Assembly: GCA_965248925.1 (NCBI GenBank)
Contig: CBDFLE010000006.1
Location: 128,001 to 192,000 of the forward strand
Direction: 5' to 3'
Source of the DNA: Candidatus Multivoradales bacterium
GTDB taxonomy: Bacteria; Acidobacteriota; Thermoanaerobaculia; Multivoradales; J023
Length of the DNA: 64,000 nt
Shown here: one piece after another, positions 27,481 to 37,954 of the stretch
Layout: every line of letters begins with the position of its first letter
How positions within the stretch are numbered: position 1 is the first letter of the stretch
The notes under the pieces: model-generated
What the model was told of the DNA's origin: nothing
Seen by the model: only the letters and a program-made list of their open reading frames with translations
The model's database searches: none
Translations under genes and position numbers: made by a program

Positions 27481-27870
27481 TCACTGCACGGCGTAGGGCT
27501 CGCTGAGAGTGAAGGGGACAATCTCGACATCGAAGCCGGCCCCCTTCGAGTCCACCATCTGATAGCTGCCCTGCATCACCCCGACGGCGGTCGGCAACGG
27601 GCAACCCGAGGTGTACTCGAAGGACTCGCCGGCCGCCAAGATCGGCTGCTCACCGACCACCCCTGGCCCGCGAACTTGCTCTACCTCACCGTCACCATCG
27701 GTGATCACCCAATGGCGCGATAGCAGCTGAACGGTGTCGCTGCCGGTGTTGGTCAGCCGCACGGTGTAGAGGAAGAACCATTGCCCGGCTGGCGGATTGG
27801 AGCGGTCGGGATCGAATCGCGAAACCACTCGGACAACAATCCGGTGGGTGGTGGCGGTGGAACTAAACAT
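27481..27870 (-). CDS. apaG: ApaG
   Basis: QLLSRHWVITDG...GPGVVGEQP...FEYTSGCPL...MQGSY. Confidence 0.95.
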   Translation of the reverse strand: MFSSTATTHRIVVRVVSRFDPDRSNPPAGQWFFLYTVRLTNTGSDTVQLLSRHWVITDGDGEVEQVRGPGVVGEQPILAAGESFEYTSGCPLPTAVGVMQGSYQMVDSKGAGFDVEIVPFTLSEPYAVQ

Positions 27871-27927
27871 CGATCAGGGCTCTCGGCAGAAGCAAGCTCG
27901 CTCGCGGCGTAGATGGATTCTCGGCGA

Positions 27928-28419
27928 TCAGGACCGGCCGGTTTGCTCACGCAGCCGCTCTGGCACCGGCACTGGCACCAGACTGTCGATATCGCCACCG
28001 AGCAAATAGGCCTCTTTGACCAGCCGACTCGACAGGTACATGTACTCTTCCTTGGGGGTCAGGAAAACGGTCTCGACCCGGGCATCGAGATGGCGATTCA
28101 TCAGCGCCATCTGGAATTCGGCTTCGAAGTCGGACACCGCCCGCAAGCCGCGGACGCTGGTGCGGGCGCCGATCCGGCGCATGTAGTCGACCAGCAGGCC
28201 GGAGAAAGTTTCGACCCGGCAGTCGTCATAGTCCGCCAACACCTCGCGAATGATCTCAACCCGTTCCTCAAGACTAAACAGGGGATTCTTCTCGGTGTTG
28301 CGCAGCACCGCCACGACCACTTCGTCGAACAATGGCCGGCAACGCATGATGATGTCGAGGTGGCCGTTGTGCAGCGGATCAAAGGACCCTGGATAGACGG
28401 CAATGCGATGGGTTCTCAC
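27928..28419 (-). CDS. coaD: Phosphopantetheine adenylyltransferase
   Basis: YPGSFDPLHNGH, RGLRAVSDF, LSSRLVKE. Confidence 0.96.
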   Translation of the reverse strand: MRTHRIAVYPGSFDPLHNGHLDIIMRCRPLFDEVVVAVLRNTEKNPLFSLEERVEIIREVLADYDDCRVETFSGLLVDYMRRIGARTSVRGLRAVSDFEAEFQMALMNRHLDARVETVFLTPKEEYMYLSSRLVKEAYLLGGDIDSLVPVPVPERLREQTGRS

Positions 28420-30622
28420 GGCTTTTTCTTATCTCCCAAGTCCAACGTTAACACGTTGAACTGGGAGTCGGTCACCCGCAACAGCACGATCCGCACCCCC
28501 TCATCCACTTCGATACGGAAGGTCTCGCGCCGCCCGTCAAGCAGGCCGTCGACGGTTCTGGCCGGTTGCCAGGCACCGGCATCGAGACTGTAGGAGGCCT
28601 CGCGCAGAGGCGATAGAGCATCGCTCAACTCGACTTCGAGGGTGCCCTTGCCGTAGCGCGGAGCGGCGGCGGTGGGCGGCGTGTGATCGATCACCACCGG
28701 CGGGCTGGTGCGCTCGGCGAGTTGCGCCGCGGCCAGCGGATCGGCCGGCAGGTCGCTGGCGCTGAGCCGAAAGCGGTAGACCCCGTCGGGCAAGGCGGTG
28801 GCGTCGAAGCTGAACCAGATCTGCTCGAGGTCTTCGACCACCGGCAGCCAGGCACCGCCGCTCCCCTCGGGGCGGAAACTGAGGCGATAGCGCAGCTCGT
28901 CCTCGTTGCCGTCTTCGGCCTCCCAACGCAAGGTCCGGTAGCCCCGCTTCCACAACTGTTTGGTGCGACCGCTATCGTCTGTAGAAGCTACCCTCAAGGT
29001 GTCGAAAATACCCTCGCGGTTGGCGCTCCAGGGTTCGTAGGCTTGGTTTTGTGGATTGAAGTTGGTCGGCACCAGGATCTGCCCGGCGGCAGTACTTCGA
29101 AACTGGAGATCCGTGGCGGCAGGTTGTTCTGCAAGTAGGTCAGCTCGGCGGCATGCATCACCGGACTGTGACGGCCATCGCCCCGCAATTCGGCGCGCCA
29201 CTGCACGAAGCGCCCCGGCGGCACGTCGGCGAGCCCCAGCTCACTGCCGCGGGCCGACTCGCTCCAGCCACTCCAGGTGGCGTCGGGCTGTTCGCTGATG
29301 CCGCTGCGGAACGACAGCTCGACAGCCCCGCCGGACGGCGTCGAGCCACGCCAGAAAAAGGTACCGAAGCGGGCTATCTGGTCGGCATCGAGCACTGTGC
29401 TGGTGTAGGTGCCGCGGCGTTGGCGGCCAGCCCCCAGCAGCTCTACCGACGCGCTATCGGTGCTCAGCACCGCTACCGCATCACCGTCGGCGAGGAGCAC
29501 TACGATCTGGCTCGCCGGCAGGTCTTTCTCCAGCGCCAGTTCCTCACCGGCCCAGCGGTAAAGGCGGCCGTCCTGGCCGGTGCCAATCCACAGCTCGTCG
29601 GCGGCGACAGCCAGGGCATGGATAGTCTGATCGGCGAAACTGGCGAGAAAACGACTGCGGCCATCGGCACTCAGGTGCAGCAGCCGACTGCGTGGTCCCG
29701 CCGCCCCCGCGGCCCGCGAGCCGGTGGTCTCTTTCTGGCTCTCGCTGACCGTTACCCCCTCGTCGTCCTCATCGTCGTCCTCGCCGTTCGACAAGTCAAC
29801 CAGGCTGGCCTCCGAGGCGACCAGCGCTGCCCACACCCCACCCTCTCTATCCGGCACCAGGGCCAGGACTTCGGGCTCGGCGGCGTCGTAGAGGGTACTG
29901 AGCCGGCCGTTGGCAAAACGCAGTAGGCGCCCTTGCCCGGCGGTGCCGGCCAGCACCGTGCCGTCGGCCAAGACCGCTAACGAGCGCAAATGCAGATCGC
30001 CACTATCGAAAAGCAATTCGGCTTTGCCCTGATCGCTGACCTCCCACAGCCGACCCCGCGCACCGGTGGCGACCAGCAGCCCTCCACCGGGACGCCGCTG
30101 GAGGGCCCAGACATAGAGTTCTTCGGGATCAAAGTGGACCACCGGCTCGCCCCCTCCTGGCGGCTGCCGGTAGACCTTGCCGGCGGGCGAGCTGGCGGCA
30201 AAAACAGTGCCGTCGGCGTCGGCCCAGACCGCGAAAACCTGCGGTTCGGGAGTGCTGAAAAACTCTTCCTGACTGCCGTCTCGGCGCACCAGCAAGACCT
30301 TGCCCGACGAGCCGGTACCCACCACCCAACCTGCTGGGTGGACGGCGGCCGAGAACACGTAAGGTTCGTCGATGGCGGCAATGGTGTTCAGCGGCCGGGC
30401 CAGCTCGAGAGCGCCGAACTCGCCGAGACGAACTCCCTTGAGGGTGCCTTCGCTGAAGCTCTCGCGATCGTCGATCTTGAAAACGGTGACTTCGGCAGCG
30501 GCGCTCAGCACGCAGCCGAAAGCCAGCAGGCAGACCCCTAGCTGGCTGATCCGGCGCGCCGATGACAGCTGCTTGCGCGGCGACTGGTTACTCACGAAAT
30601 CTCCTCGCTGCATGTTGTTCAT
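28416..30622 (-). pseudogene. Secreted beta-propeller / FN3-like protein split by a single-base frameshift
   Basis: ORFs 28994..30640 and 28416..29201 join at ...EVLPPG|QILVPTN if one G is added at about 29082. Confidence 0.75.
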
Positions 30623-32469
30623 GGACGCCGCTCCACCCACAGGTCGATGCGTACAGCGCCGGAAATTGGTGCCTCTAGCGTTTCCACGCTCTGCTGATCG
30701 ATAGCCAGATAGAGAGACTTGGCCGAGCGACCAGCGCTGCCGGCCAATAGGCGATGGACCGATCCCGGCAACCGCGGCAGGCTGTCACCCGCGAGCGCCA
30801 ACCCGGGCGCCCGTACCAAGCCATAGACCACCAGCTGACGCCGCGAATGAAAACGGCGCAGCTGCTCAAGGTGGTCCTCGAAGCTGCGCGGCGCCCGGCC
30901 TTCGATCTCCAGCCGCGCGGTGTCCATCGAAGAACCGTCGCCGAGCAGAAAATAGTAGCGCCCGTCCGCCGCTTCGTCCGGCACTTGCAACTCCAGGCGA
31001 CGCCTTTCGAGTTCGCCCTGATGAGGGCGCAGCTCCAGGGTCACTTGTAGGCGCTCACCGGGCTCTAACCGACGGCGGTCGGCCCAGGCCGCGACCAACT
31101 CCAAGGTGCGCGGCGCAGCGATCTGCTGCAATCGTACTTCGACCGCCTCCACTTCTACCTTGGCCAGAGGATTGCGGAATAGAAAGTTGGCAAAGGCCAG
31201 CAAGTAGGTCACCGCATCGCTGGCCGCGGTCTCACCGTCGAAGCTCTGCCGCAAATGCAAATCGCCATAGCGGCCCAAGGCGAAGCTGGCCTCCAAGTCG
31301 ATACCTTGCGGACCGCCACTGTAGGTGCTGGCGGTCAACGCTCCAAGGCTGCTAATGGCCAGCAAAGCAGGACTCAACAACGGCAGCTGAGCGACTTCCA
31401 TCTGGTAGCTGCGCTCCCCCTCGACCGAGGCCACGGTCACCCGCAGCGGAAACGTCGGCGCCTGCAACCCCAGGCGACCCCGCACGCCAGCCTCTCGATC
31501 TTGATCGAAGGCACCCACAACCTCGCCGGCCACCGATAGCTTGAACGAGTTGTAGCGACTGGCGATGGTGGTAATCACCTCGGAGGCGGCCAGCGGCAGC
31601 AAACCGGGGCTAGCGAAAACAGGATGGCCAAAGGCGGTGATCTCGTCCCCACGCCGCTCGGTGAGGGTGCCATGAGCGGCCAGACTGAGATCGCCCGCCA
31701 CCAGCACCATGGCGATGGCGCTGCCGCCCACCAGTTCAGCGGTCGCCGGCCGGATACTCGCACCGCCGTTGGCTGCGGGCAGGCTTAGTGTTGGACTGGC
31801 GCTGGTCAGGGGCGCCAAGGCACCGACCGTCTCAGCTAGTAAGCGATGGGCAGGGGCGCCAAAACCGCTGGCGCTCCACTGCAACGCCGCCGCGGCACCA
31901 TCGCTCAACCGCGGCCGCAAGACCGCCAGGGCTTCGCTGAGCACCGCCCGGCTGTCGTGGGTCACCTCGCCCCCACCACCGGCTGTCAGCAAATCCATCA
32001 GCGACAAATCGAGTGGCACCGCGGCCGGCATCGCGGTCCAGGCAGGCGCTGCTGCCAATCGCCGCATGGCGGCGATTGGCGTGATGCCGGCAATCGGATC
32101 GAGGCCAAAGAGGTAGCCAAAAGCCACCGCGCCAGCCAGCCGGCCATCGATGTAGACCGGACTACCACTCATGCCGCCCAGCACCCCGCTGCGCTCCAGA
32201 TCCTGACCCGACAAGCGGGCCAAAATGTAGCTCAACTCCGGCGTTCTGTGGTGCAGCACGCCGAGCACTTCGACTTCGAAGCGGCTCGGCTCGGTGCCCA
32301 CGAAGACCGACATGCCGTAGCCCCGCTGTCCGCGTTCGATCTCGGCCAGCGAGATAGTCTCGGTGCTACTCGCCGCGGCCTCACCCAGTACCGGACCGGC
32401 CAACAGAAATCCACTACCGACGATTAATATCGTGCAAAGCCCTCTCAGGACTGATCCGCCACGCTGCAT
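30619..32469 (-). CDS. SpoIVB peptidase S55 domain protein
   Basis: GVLGGMSGSPVYIDGRLAGAVAFG, GITPI, AFGHP; signal peptide. Confidence 0.88.
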   Translation of the reverse strand: MQRGGSVLRGLCTILIVGSGFLLAGPVLGEAAASSTETISLAEIERGQRGYGMSVFVGTEPSRFEVEVLGVLHHRTPELSYILARLSGQDLERSGVLGGMSGSPVYIDGRLAGAVAFGYLFGLDPIAGITPIAAMRRLAAAPAWTAMPAAVPLDLSLMDLLTAGGGGEVTHDSRAVLSEALAVLRPRLSDGAAAALQWSASGFGAPAHRLLAETVGALAPLTSASPTLSLPAANGGASIRPATAELVGGSAIAMVLVAGDLSLAAHGTLTERRGDEITAFGHPVFASPGLLPLAASEVITTIASRYNSFKLSVAGEVVGAFDQDREAGVRGRLGLQAPTFPLRVTVASVEGERSYQMEVAQLPLLSPALLAISSLGALTASTYSGGPQGIDLEASFALGRYGDLHLRQSFDGETAASDAVTYLLAFANFLFRNPLAKVEVEAVEVRLQQIAAPRTLELVAAWADRRRLEPGERLQVTLELRPHQGELERRRLELQVPDEAADGRYYFLLGDGSSMDTARLEIEGRAPRSFEDHLEQLRRFHSRRQLVVYGLVRAPGLALAGDSLPRLPGSVHRLLAGSAGRSAKSLYLAIDQQSVETLEAPISGAVRIDLWVERRP

Positions 32470-32546
32470 GTTGCTCCCACCACCTAGCGGCCGGCGACGC
32501 TGCCGAGCCACTGCCTGTGTAGTTCGTCTGAAAGGGTGCTGAGGTT

Positions 32547-33209
32547 TCATTTCCGTGGTCCAGCGCCAGCCGGCGACAATCCCCAGGCGGCCGGCAATTC
32601 GACCGCTCCGCGGCGCAGCAGGCGCCAGCCCGACGGCTCCCATGCCACCACCGTCGAGGGAAGCCCCCCCGGCAACTCGCCATCGTCGATGATCGCCGTC
32701 GGCCGATCAGCCCCTTCTCGTGCCAGCCAGGACTCGAGTTCCGCCGGTTGGCAAATGGGCGCTTGGCCCGCCGCGTTAGCGCTGGTCGAGGTCAGCGGAC
32801 CAAGCTCGCGCAGCAATTCACGCAGCCGGCGATGGGCAGGTACCCGCACTGCCAGTCGGCTCGAAAGCGAACTGGCTGGCAGCTGCTGGTCGAGCGGCAA
32901 CACGGCGGTCAGCGCCGCTGGCCACAGCGCCACCAGCGAGTCGAGCACCGAGGCTGGTACGCGCAGACCGAGACCCTCCAACTGCGCCGCATCGGCCGCC
33001 ACCACCAGAAGCGGTTTCTGCGCCGGCCGGCGCTTGAGCCGGTAGATCGCCGCCACCGCCGCCGCCGAGGAGGGATCGGCAGCCAAGCCGTAACTCGACT
33101 CGCTGGGAATGGCCAGCAGTCCGTCAGCCACCAGGACGCGGCGCAGCAGGGTCGGCGAATCTCCCCAACACCAGCGCACCGGGCTAAATTGACTCTCAGG
33201 CACCGGCAA
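32547..33209 (-). CDS. tsaC: L-threonylcarbamoyladenylate synthase (TsaC/Sua5/YrdC)
   Basis: PSESSYGL, LKRRPAQKPL, LAVRVP, STSAN, PSTVV. Confidence 0.85.
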   Translation of the reverse strand: MPVPESQFSPVRWCWGDSPTLLRRVLVADGLLAIPSESSYGLAADPSSAAAVAAIYRLKRRPAQKPLLVVAADAAQLEGLGLRVPASVLDSLVALWPAALTAVLPLDQQLPASSLSSRLAVRVPAHRRLRELLRELGPLTSTSANAAGQAPICQPAELESWLAREGADRPTAIIDDGELPGGLPSTVVAWEPSGWRLLRRGAVELPAAWGLSPAGAGPRK

Positions 33210-34917
33210 TCAGCTCGCGAGCGTGTTGCAGCGACAACTCGGTTACTTCGCTACCCCCCAACATACGGGCAATCTCCGCTGCTCGAACTTGGTCGTCTAG
33301 ATGTAGCAGCTCGGTGTGGGTGCGGCCTCCGCGCACTACCTTGCTAGCCTTGTAGTGGAGATCGGCGCAACTGGCCACCTGTGGCAGGTGAGTCACCGCC
33401 AGAATCTGACCGCCTTGAGCCAGCCGACGTAACTTGCTGCCCAAGGCAGCCGCCTCGGCACCGCCAACGCCGGCGTCGACCTCGTCGAACACCATCGTCG
33501 AAGAAGTGGCCGCCGCTGCGCTGACGCCGCTAGTACCGCGCGATGCCAATTGCACCGCCAGGTAAAGCCGCGACAGCTCGCCGCCGGAAGCCACCTTGGC
33601 CAGCGGTCGTAAATCCTCCCCGGGGTTGGGCGAGAAACGGTAGACCACCTGATCGTAGCCATGCTCGCCGAACTCGGTCTCCACCCCGTCGATCTGCAAC
33701 CGGCTACCGGCGCGGCGACGGCACTCCAGGGTGACCGCGAAACGAGCACGCTCAAGGGCCAGCTCGGCCAGTTCGCCGCGCACCGCCTGCTCCAGCTTGC
33801 CAGCCCAGCGGCGGCGCGCGGTGGAAAGCTTAGTAGCCGCCTCACGATAGGCTGCAAACGCTTCCCCGAGCTCTTTGTCCAGAGCCTCGCGGCTGTGCTC
33901 GTCACCACTCAGCTCGCCTAGCTCGGCCGCCAATTCAGCCCGCCGCTCGAGCACCGCGGTACATGTCTCGCCGTATTTGCGCAGCAGCCGTTCGAGTTCC
34001 GCCAAGCGGCCTTCGATCTCGTTCAGCCGGCCAGGCTCGGACTCCACTCGATCAAGCCGGCGACCGAGGGTGGTCTCGAGTTCGCCGACCCGAATGCGCA
34101 GCTCTTCGAGCTCCGCCGCCCAAGCCTCCGCTTGCGGTTCCCAGACAGCGATGCCAGCGAGCTGCTGGCCGGCTCGCTGCAAGGTTTCATAGGCCGACTC
34201 GTCCTGCTCGGAAAGGGCTTCCACCGCACCCGAAAGAGCTTGCTGGATGGCCTCTGAGTGGCGCAGCACCTGGCGCTCGGCGCGCAGCTCCTGATCTTCG
34301 CCGGGGCTCATCTCGGCGCTGTCGATCTCGGCAATCTGAAAACGTAGAAAATCGGCCCGCTCGGCCAGCGCCCGCTGATCGCCCGAGACTTCGGCCAGAC
34401 GGTCAGCCAGCTGGCGATAGCGAGCGCAGGCAGTAGCGGTGCGCGCGAGCAGTCTGCTCCCCGCGACTCCACCACAGCGATCGAGCCAGGCGCGTTGCAG
34501 ATCGGGCGCCACCAGGCCGAGTTCCTCACGCTGACCGTGAATGCGGATCAGCGGCGCGGTGATCTCACTGAGCAGTCTGAGGGTCACCGGCTGATCGTTG
34601 ACGAACACCCGATTGCGGCCGGCGCGGCCAATCTCGCGCCGCACCATCAGTTGATCGCCGGCCTCGACCCCGACCGCTTGCAAACGGTCGCGCCAATCCT
34701 CAGCCGGCGGCTCGAAGACCCCGCTGACGGTCAGTGAGCTGGCACCAGTGCGGATCAGATCGGTACTGGCGCGGGCACCGGCCAACAAGGCCAGAGAATC
34801 GACCACGATCGACTTACCGGCACCGGTCTCGCCGCTGATGACGTTGAAACCAGGGCCGAACTCGATCGCCGCCTCGGCCAGCACGGCCAGGTTGCGGATG
34901 TGTAGATCACGCAGCAT
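33196..34917 (-). CDS. recN: DNA repair protein RecN
   Basis: SGETGAGKS, coiled coil, ASGGELSR, FDEVDAGVGG, VTHLPQVA. Confidence 0.96.
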   Translation of the reverse strand: MLRDLHIRNLAVLAEAAIEFGPGFNVISGETGAGKSIVVDSLALLAGARASTDLIRTGASSLTVSGVFEPPAEDWRDRLQAVGVEAGDQLMVRREIGRAGRNRVFVNDQPVTLRLLSEITAPLIRIHGQREELGLVAPDLQRAWLDRCGGVAGSRLLARTATACARYRQLADRLAEVSGDQRALAERADFLRFQIAEIDSAEMSPGEDQELRAERQVLRHSEAIQQALSGAVEALSEQDESAYETLQRAGQQLAGIAVWEPQAEAWAAELEELRIRVGELETTLGRRLDRVESEPGRLNEIEGRLAELERLLRKYGETCTAVLERRAELAAELGELSGDEHSREALDKELGEAFAAYREAATKLSTARRRWAGKLEQAVRGELAELALERARFAVTLECRRRAGSRLQIDGVETEFGEHGYDQVVYRFSPNPGEDLRPLAKVASGGELSRLYLAVQLASRGTSGVSAAAATSSTMVFDEVDAGVGGAEAAALGSKLRRLAQGGQILAVTHLPQVASCADLHYKASKVVRGGRTHTELLHLDDQVRAAEIARMLGGSEVTELSLQHARELIAGA

Positions 34918-34941
34918 GAGAAGAGACGGTTCGAACTCGTC

Positions 34942-35925
34942 TCAGGCGGGATCGGCGCCGGCACTCACTCGATCGCGCCCTGAGCGTTTGGAGCGGTAGA
35001 GTTCACGATCGGCAGCCTCGTAAAGTTCTGACGGGCCGACGAACTCAGAGGAGTAGGCGTGAACGCCGAAAGAGCAGGTGACACTGAGTTCGGCGCCGCT
35101 GTAGGAAAACGTCTCTTCGGCAATGGCCAGGCGCAAGTCTTCGGCCAAGTCGATCGCCGTTGCTAGTTCCATCTCCGGTGCCAAGACGGCGAACTCTTCA
35201 CCACCGACACGAGCGAAAATCTGCTCCGCGCTGAGCCGGCGCCGCACCAGCCGTGAGATCTGCTGCAACACGAAATCGCCACAGAGATGGCCGAAGGTAT
35301 CGTTGACCTGTTTGAAGTGATCAATGTCGAAGAGCACCAAGCAGAGGGGCCGTTGGTGCCGCCGGGCACGATCAAACTCGCGCCGCAGCTCTTCTTTCAA
35401 TTTACGCTGATTGAAGGCCTGGGTCAGGCCATCGCAGACTACCAGCTGGTGAATCGCTTCGTGGTAAGCGTGCTCCGGATCGCGCTCGTGCAAGAATTTG
35501 AAATGCACCGCGCCGACCTGGAAACGGTCGCCACTGCGCAACACCTGGCAACCCTCGACCGGCAAGTCGTTGACGTAGGTGCCGTTGGTGCTGCTCAGAT
35601 CCTCGATCTCCACCCGCTTGCCGCGGTGGATCAAGCGGGCGTGGCGACGGGAGATCGAGCGCACGTCAGGGAGGCTGATTTCGACATCTGTCGAGCGGCC
35701 GATTTCCATCGTGTTCATCGGCCTCACGCTGTAGCGCGTGCCCAGCGGCTTTTCATCCGGATGGGCGATCAAAATAACATCGGCCTCGGCCGCCTCCTCG
35801 CCGTCCTGATCGCCAGCGCCAGCGCCTCCCTGCCGAGCACGCAGGATCAGCGAACTCAGATCGAGGGTTGTTTCCTCGCTGTAGGGGGGGCGCCGTGGCG
35901 ACTCGGGTTTGGGTTTCGGGGTCAT
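34942..35925 (-). CDS. FHA-domain diguanylate cyclase
   Basis: IGRS...ISRRHA...DLSSTNGTYVN (FHA); DIDHFKQVNDTFGH, GGEEF. Confidence 0.92.
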   Translation of the reverse strand: MTPKPKPESPRRPPYSEETTLDLSSLILRARQGGAGAGDQDGEEAAEADVILIAHPDEKPLGTRYSVRPMNTMEIGRSTDVEISLPDVRSISRRHARLIHRGKRVEIEDLSSTNGTYVNDLPVEGCQVLRSGDRFQVGAVHFKFLHERDPEHAYHEAIHQLVVCDGLTQAFNQRKLKEELRREFDRARRHQRPLCLVLFDIDHFKQVNDTFGHLCGDFVLQQISRLVRRRLSAEQIFARVGGEEFAVLAPEMELATAIDLAEDLRLAIAEETFSYSGAELSVTCSFGVHAYSSEFVGPSELYEAADRELYRSKRSGRDRVSAGADPA

Positions 35926-36044
35926 CAGCTGCTCAAATTTTTCCTCGTCGGCAGGAGCAGAAAGCTGCAAAGAAATCCTGCACTGGTGCAAGAACAAGCC
36001 TACAGGCGGCGGTCGAGACCGTCAACGCGGCTGGTGCCTTGCCG

Positions 36045-36866
36045 CTAGCCGTCGACCAGCTCGGCCGAGCGTCGGGCAGCCTCGACGACCGCTTTGATCA
36101 GGGTCACCCGCAACCCCCCCTCCTCGAGCTTCAGGATGCCATCGACGGTGCAACCCGCCGGGGTGGTGACTTCGTCCTTGAGCAACGCCGGATGCTCGCC
36201 GGTCTTCAGCACCATGGCTGCGGCGCCAAAACAAGTTTGGGCGGCCAGTTCAATAGCCACCGCGCGGGGCAAGCCGACCTTGACCCCTCCCTCCGCCAAC
36301 GCCTCGATAACGATGTAGATGAAAGCTGGCCCGCTGGCCGAGAGGCCGGTGACGGCATTGAAGTAACGCTCTTCCAGCACCAGAGAGTGGCCGACAGCGG
36401 CAAACAGCTCGCGCACCATCTCGACCTGCTCTGCTTGGGCATGGCGGCCGCCGCACACCGCCGTCATCCCGCGACCGATACGGCTCGGAGTGTTGGGCAT
36501 CGCCCGCGCCACCGCCACTTGCCGCCCACCGAGCCGGGCTTCGATGGCGGCCGTCGACAGGCCAGCGATGATCGACACCAACAGCTGGCCGTGATCGAGA
36601 CTGTCGGCGATCTCCTCCAGCACGGTATCGGCAACCTGCGGTTTGACGCATAGCAAGACGACATCAGCAGCGGCCACCGCCTGCCGGTTGTCGCTGGTGG
36701 TGGCGATGCCAAAACGCTCGGCGAGGCGCCCCAAGCGTTCCTCGTGCAGCGCCGTGGCAACGATTCTCTCGGCCTCGGCGGTACCGGCGGCGAGCAAAGC
36801 CGAAATCAGATTCTCACCCATCTTGCCGGCGCCGAGCACGGCCAGGCGGAGGCTGTTGGAACTCAT
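36045..36866 (-). CDS. proC: Pyrroline-5-carboxylate reductase
   Basis: GAGKMG, VKPQ, RAMPNTP, SGPAF, VTTPAGCT. Confidence 0.95.
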   Translation of the reverse strand: MSSNSLRLAVLGAGKMGENLISALLAAGTAEAERIVATALHEERLGRLAERFGIATTSDNRQAVAAADVVLLCVKPQVADTVLEEIADSLDHGQLLVSIIAGLSTAAIEARLGGRQVAVARAMPNTPSRIGRGMTAVCGGRHAQAEQVEMVRELFAAVGHSLVLEERYFNAVTGLSASGPAFIYIVIEALAEGGVKVGLPRAVAIELAAQTCFGAAAMVLKTGEHPALLKDEVTTPAGCTVDGILKLEEGGLRVTLIKAVVEAARRSAELVDG

Positions 36867-36885
36867 CGAAATCTCCTCACTGACG

Positions 36886-37803
36886 TCAATTGCCCTTCAG
36901 GAAGGACCGCAGCACATGGCCAGCGACCTCCGGATTCTCGCGCAGACGGCGCAGCGAATAGAGGTACCAATCGCGGCCGTAGGGCACGTAGACCCGCAGC
37001 CGGTGACCAGCGGCGAGCAAAATGCGCCGCAGCTCCTGCTCGACACCGAGCAACATTTGAAACTCGTAGCGATCCGCCGGCACCTTTAACTGGTCGAGCA
37101 GAGCCACCGCGCCGCAGACCAGGTACTCGTCGTGGGTGGCGATGCCGACATAGACCCCGCGGCGGAGCAGTTGCTCGAGCGCCGCCAGGTAATTCAGGCG
37201 TACCGTTTGGTAGCCCTTCCAGGCGTCCTGCCGGGGTTCGATGTAGATCCCTTTGCACAGTCGTACATTGGCGCCCGCGCTGGGCAACTCAGCAATATCT
37301 TGCAGCGTGCGTCGCATGTAGGCTTGGAACACCACCCCCAGCCGACCGCGCGGTCCGGGATCGTGACGCCGGTGGATTTCGCGGTAAATGCGCAAGGTGG
37401 CGTCGGTGGTCCGGCGATCCTCCATATCAATTCGAACAAAACCATCAGCCCGCGCCGCCGACCGCTCCACTAGACCGGCGATGTTGTCGCGGCAGAAAGT
37501 CTCGTCCAGATCGAGCCCAAGCTGAGTGGGCTTGACCGAGATATTGCAGCGCAGATCGTGCTCCTCGATCGCCGCCAACACTCGCTGGTACTCGCCGACC
37601 GCGGCAGTCGCTTGGGCACGGTCCTGGATTTCTTCACCGAGCAGATCCACGGTCACCAAGGCCCCCTCCGCATTCAGTCGGCGGATCGTCTCCACCGCCT
37701 GCTCGACGGTCTCGCCAGCAACATAGCGCCGCGCCACCCAGCCGACCATTGGCTTTGGCACCAGCGGCAGAGTGGTGACCAGGATGCGATTGAATAAGCT
37801 CAT
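36886..37803 (-). CDS. Monofunctional proline dehydrogenase
   Basis: RYVAGE, SVKPTQLG, RIDME, RLCKGIY, ATHD, EFQMLLG, YVPYG..W..YSLRRL. Confidence 0.93.
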   Translation of the reverse strand: MSLFNRILVTTLPLVPKPMVGWVARRYVAGETVEQAVETIRRLNAEGALVTVDLLGEEIQDRAQATAAVGEYQRVLAAIEEHDLRCNISVKPTQLGLDLDETFCRDNIAGLVERSAARADGFVRIDMEDRRTTDATLRIYREIHRRHDPGPRGRLGVVFQAYMRRTLQDIAELPSAGANVRLCKGIYIEPRQDAWKGYQTVRLNYLAALEQLLRRGVYVGIATHDEYLVCGAVALLDQLKVPADRYEFQMLLGVEQELRRILLAAGHRLRVYVPYGRDWYLYSLRRLRENPEVAGHVLRSFLKGN

Positions 37804-37954
37804 CTGTCAGGTAGCTCTCCGAAGTCAGGATTCGGAGGCGGATGTTAGCAGCCACGGCGGGATTCGAGTCACTTTCCCAGTGATCGAAGGGCCGCCATCG
37901 CCAAGCGCCGGACAGGGTATTCGCGGCGATCCTGAGTCCAGGTAGGATCCGACC

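Noticed and set aside
29075-29090. Programmed frameshift in the propeller gene
   Set aside because: No slippery heptamer is visible; a simple indel is more likely
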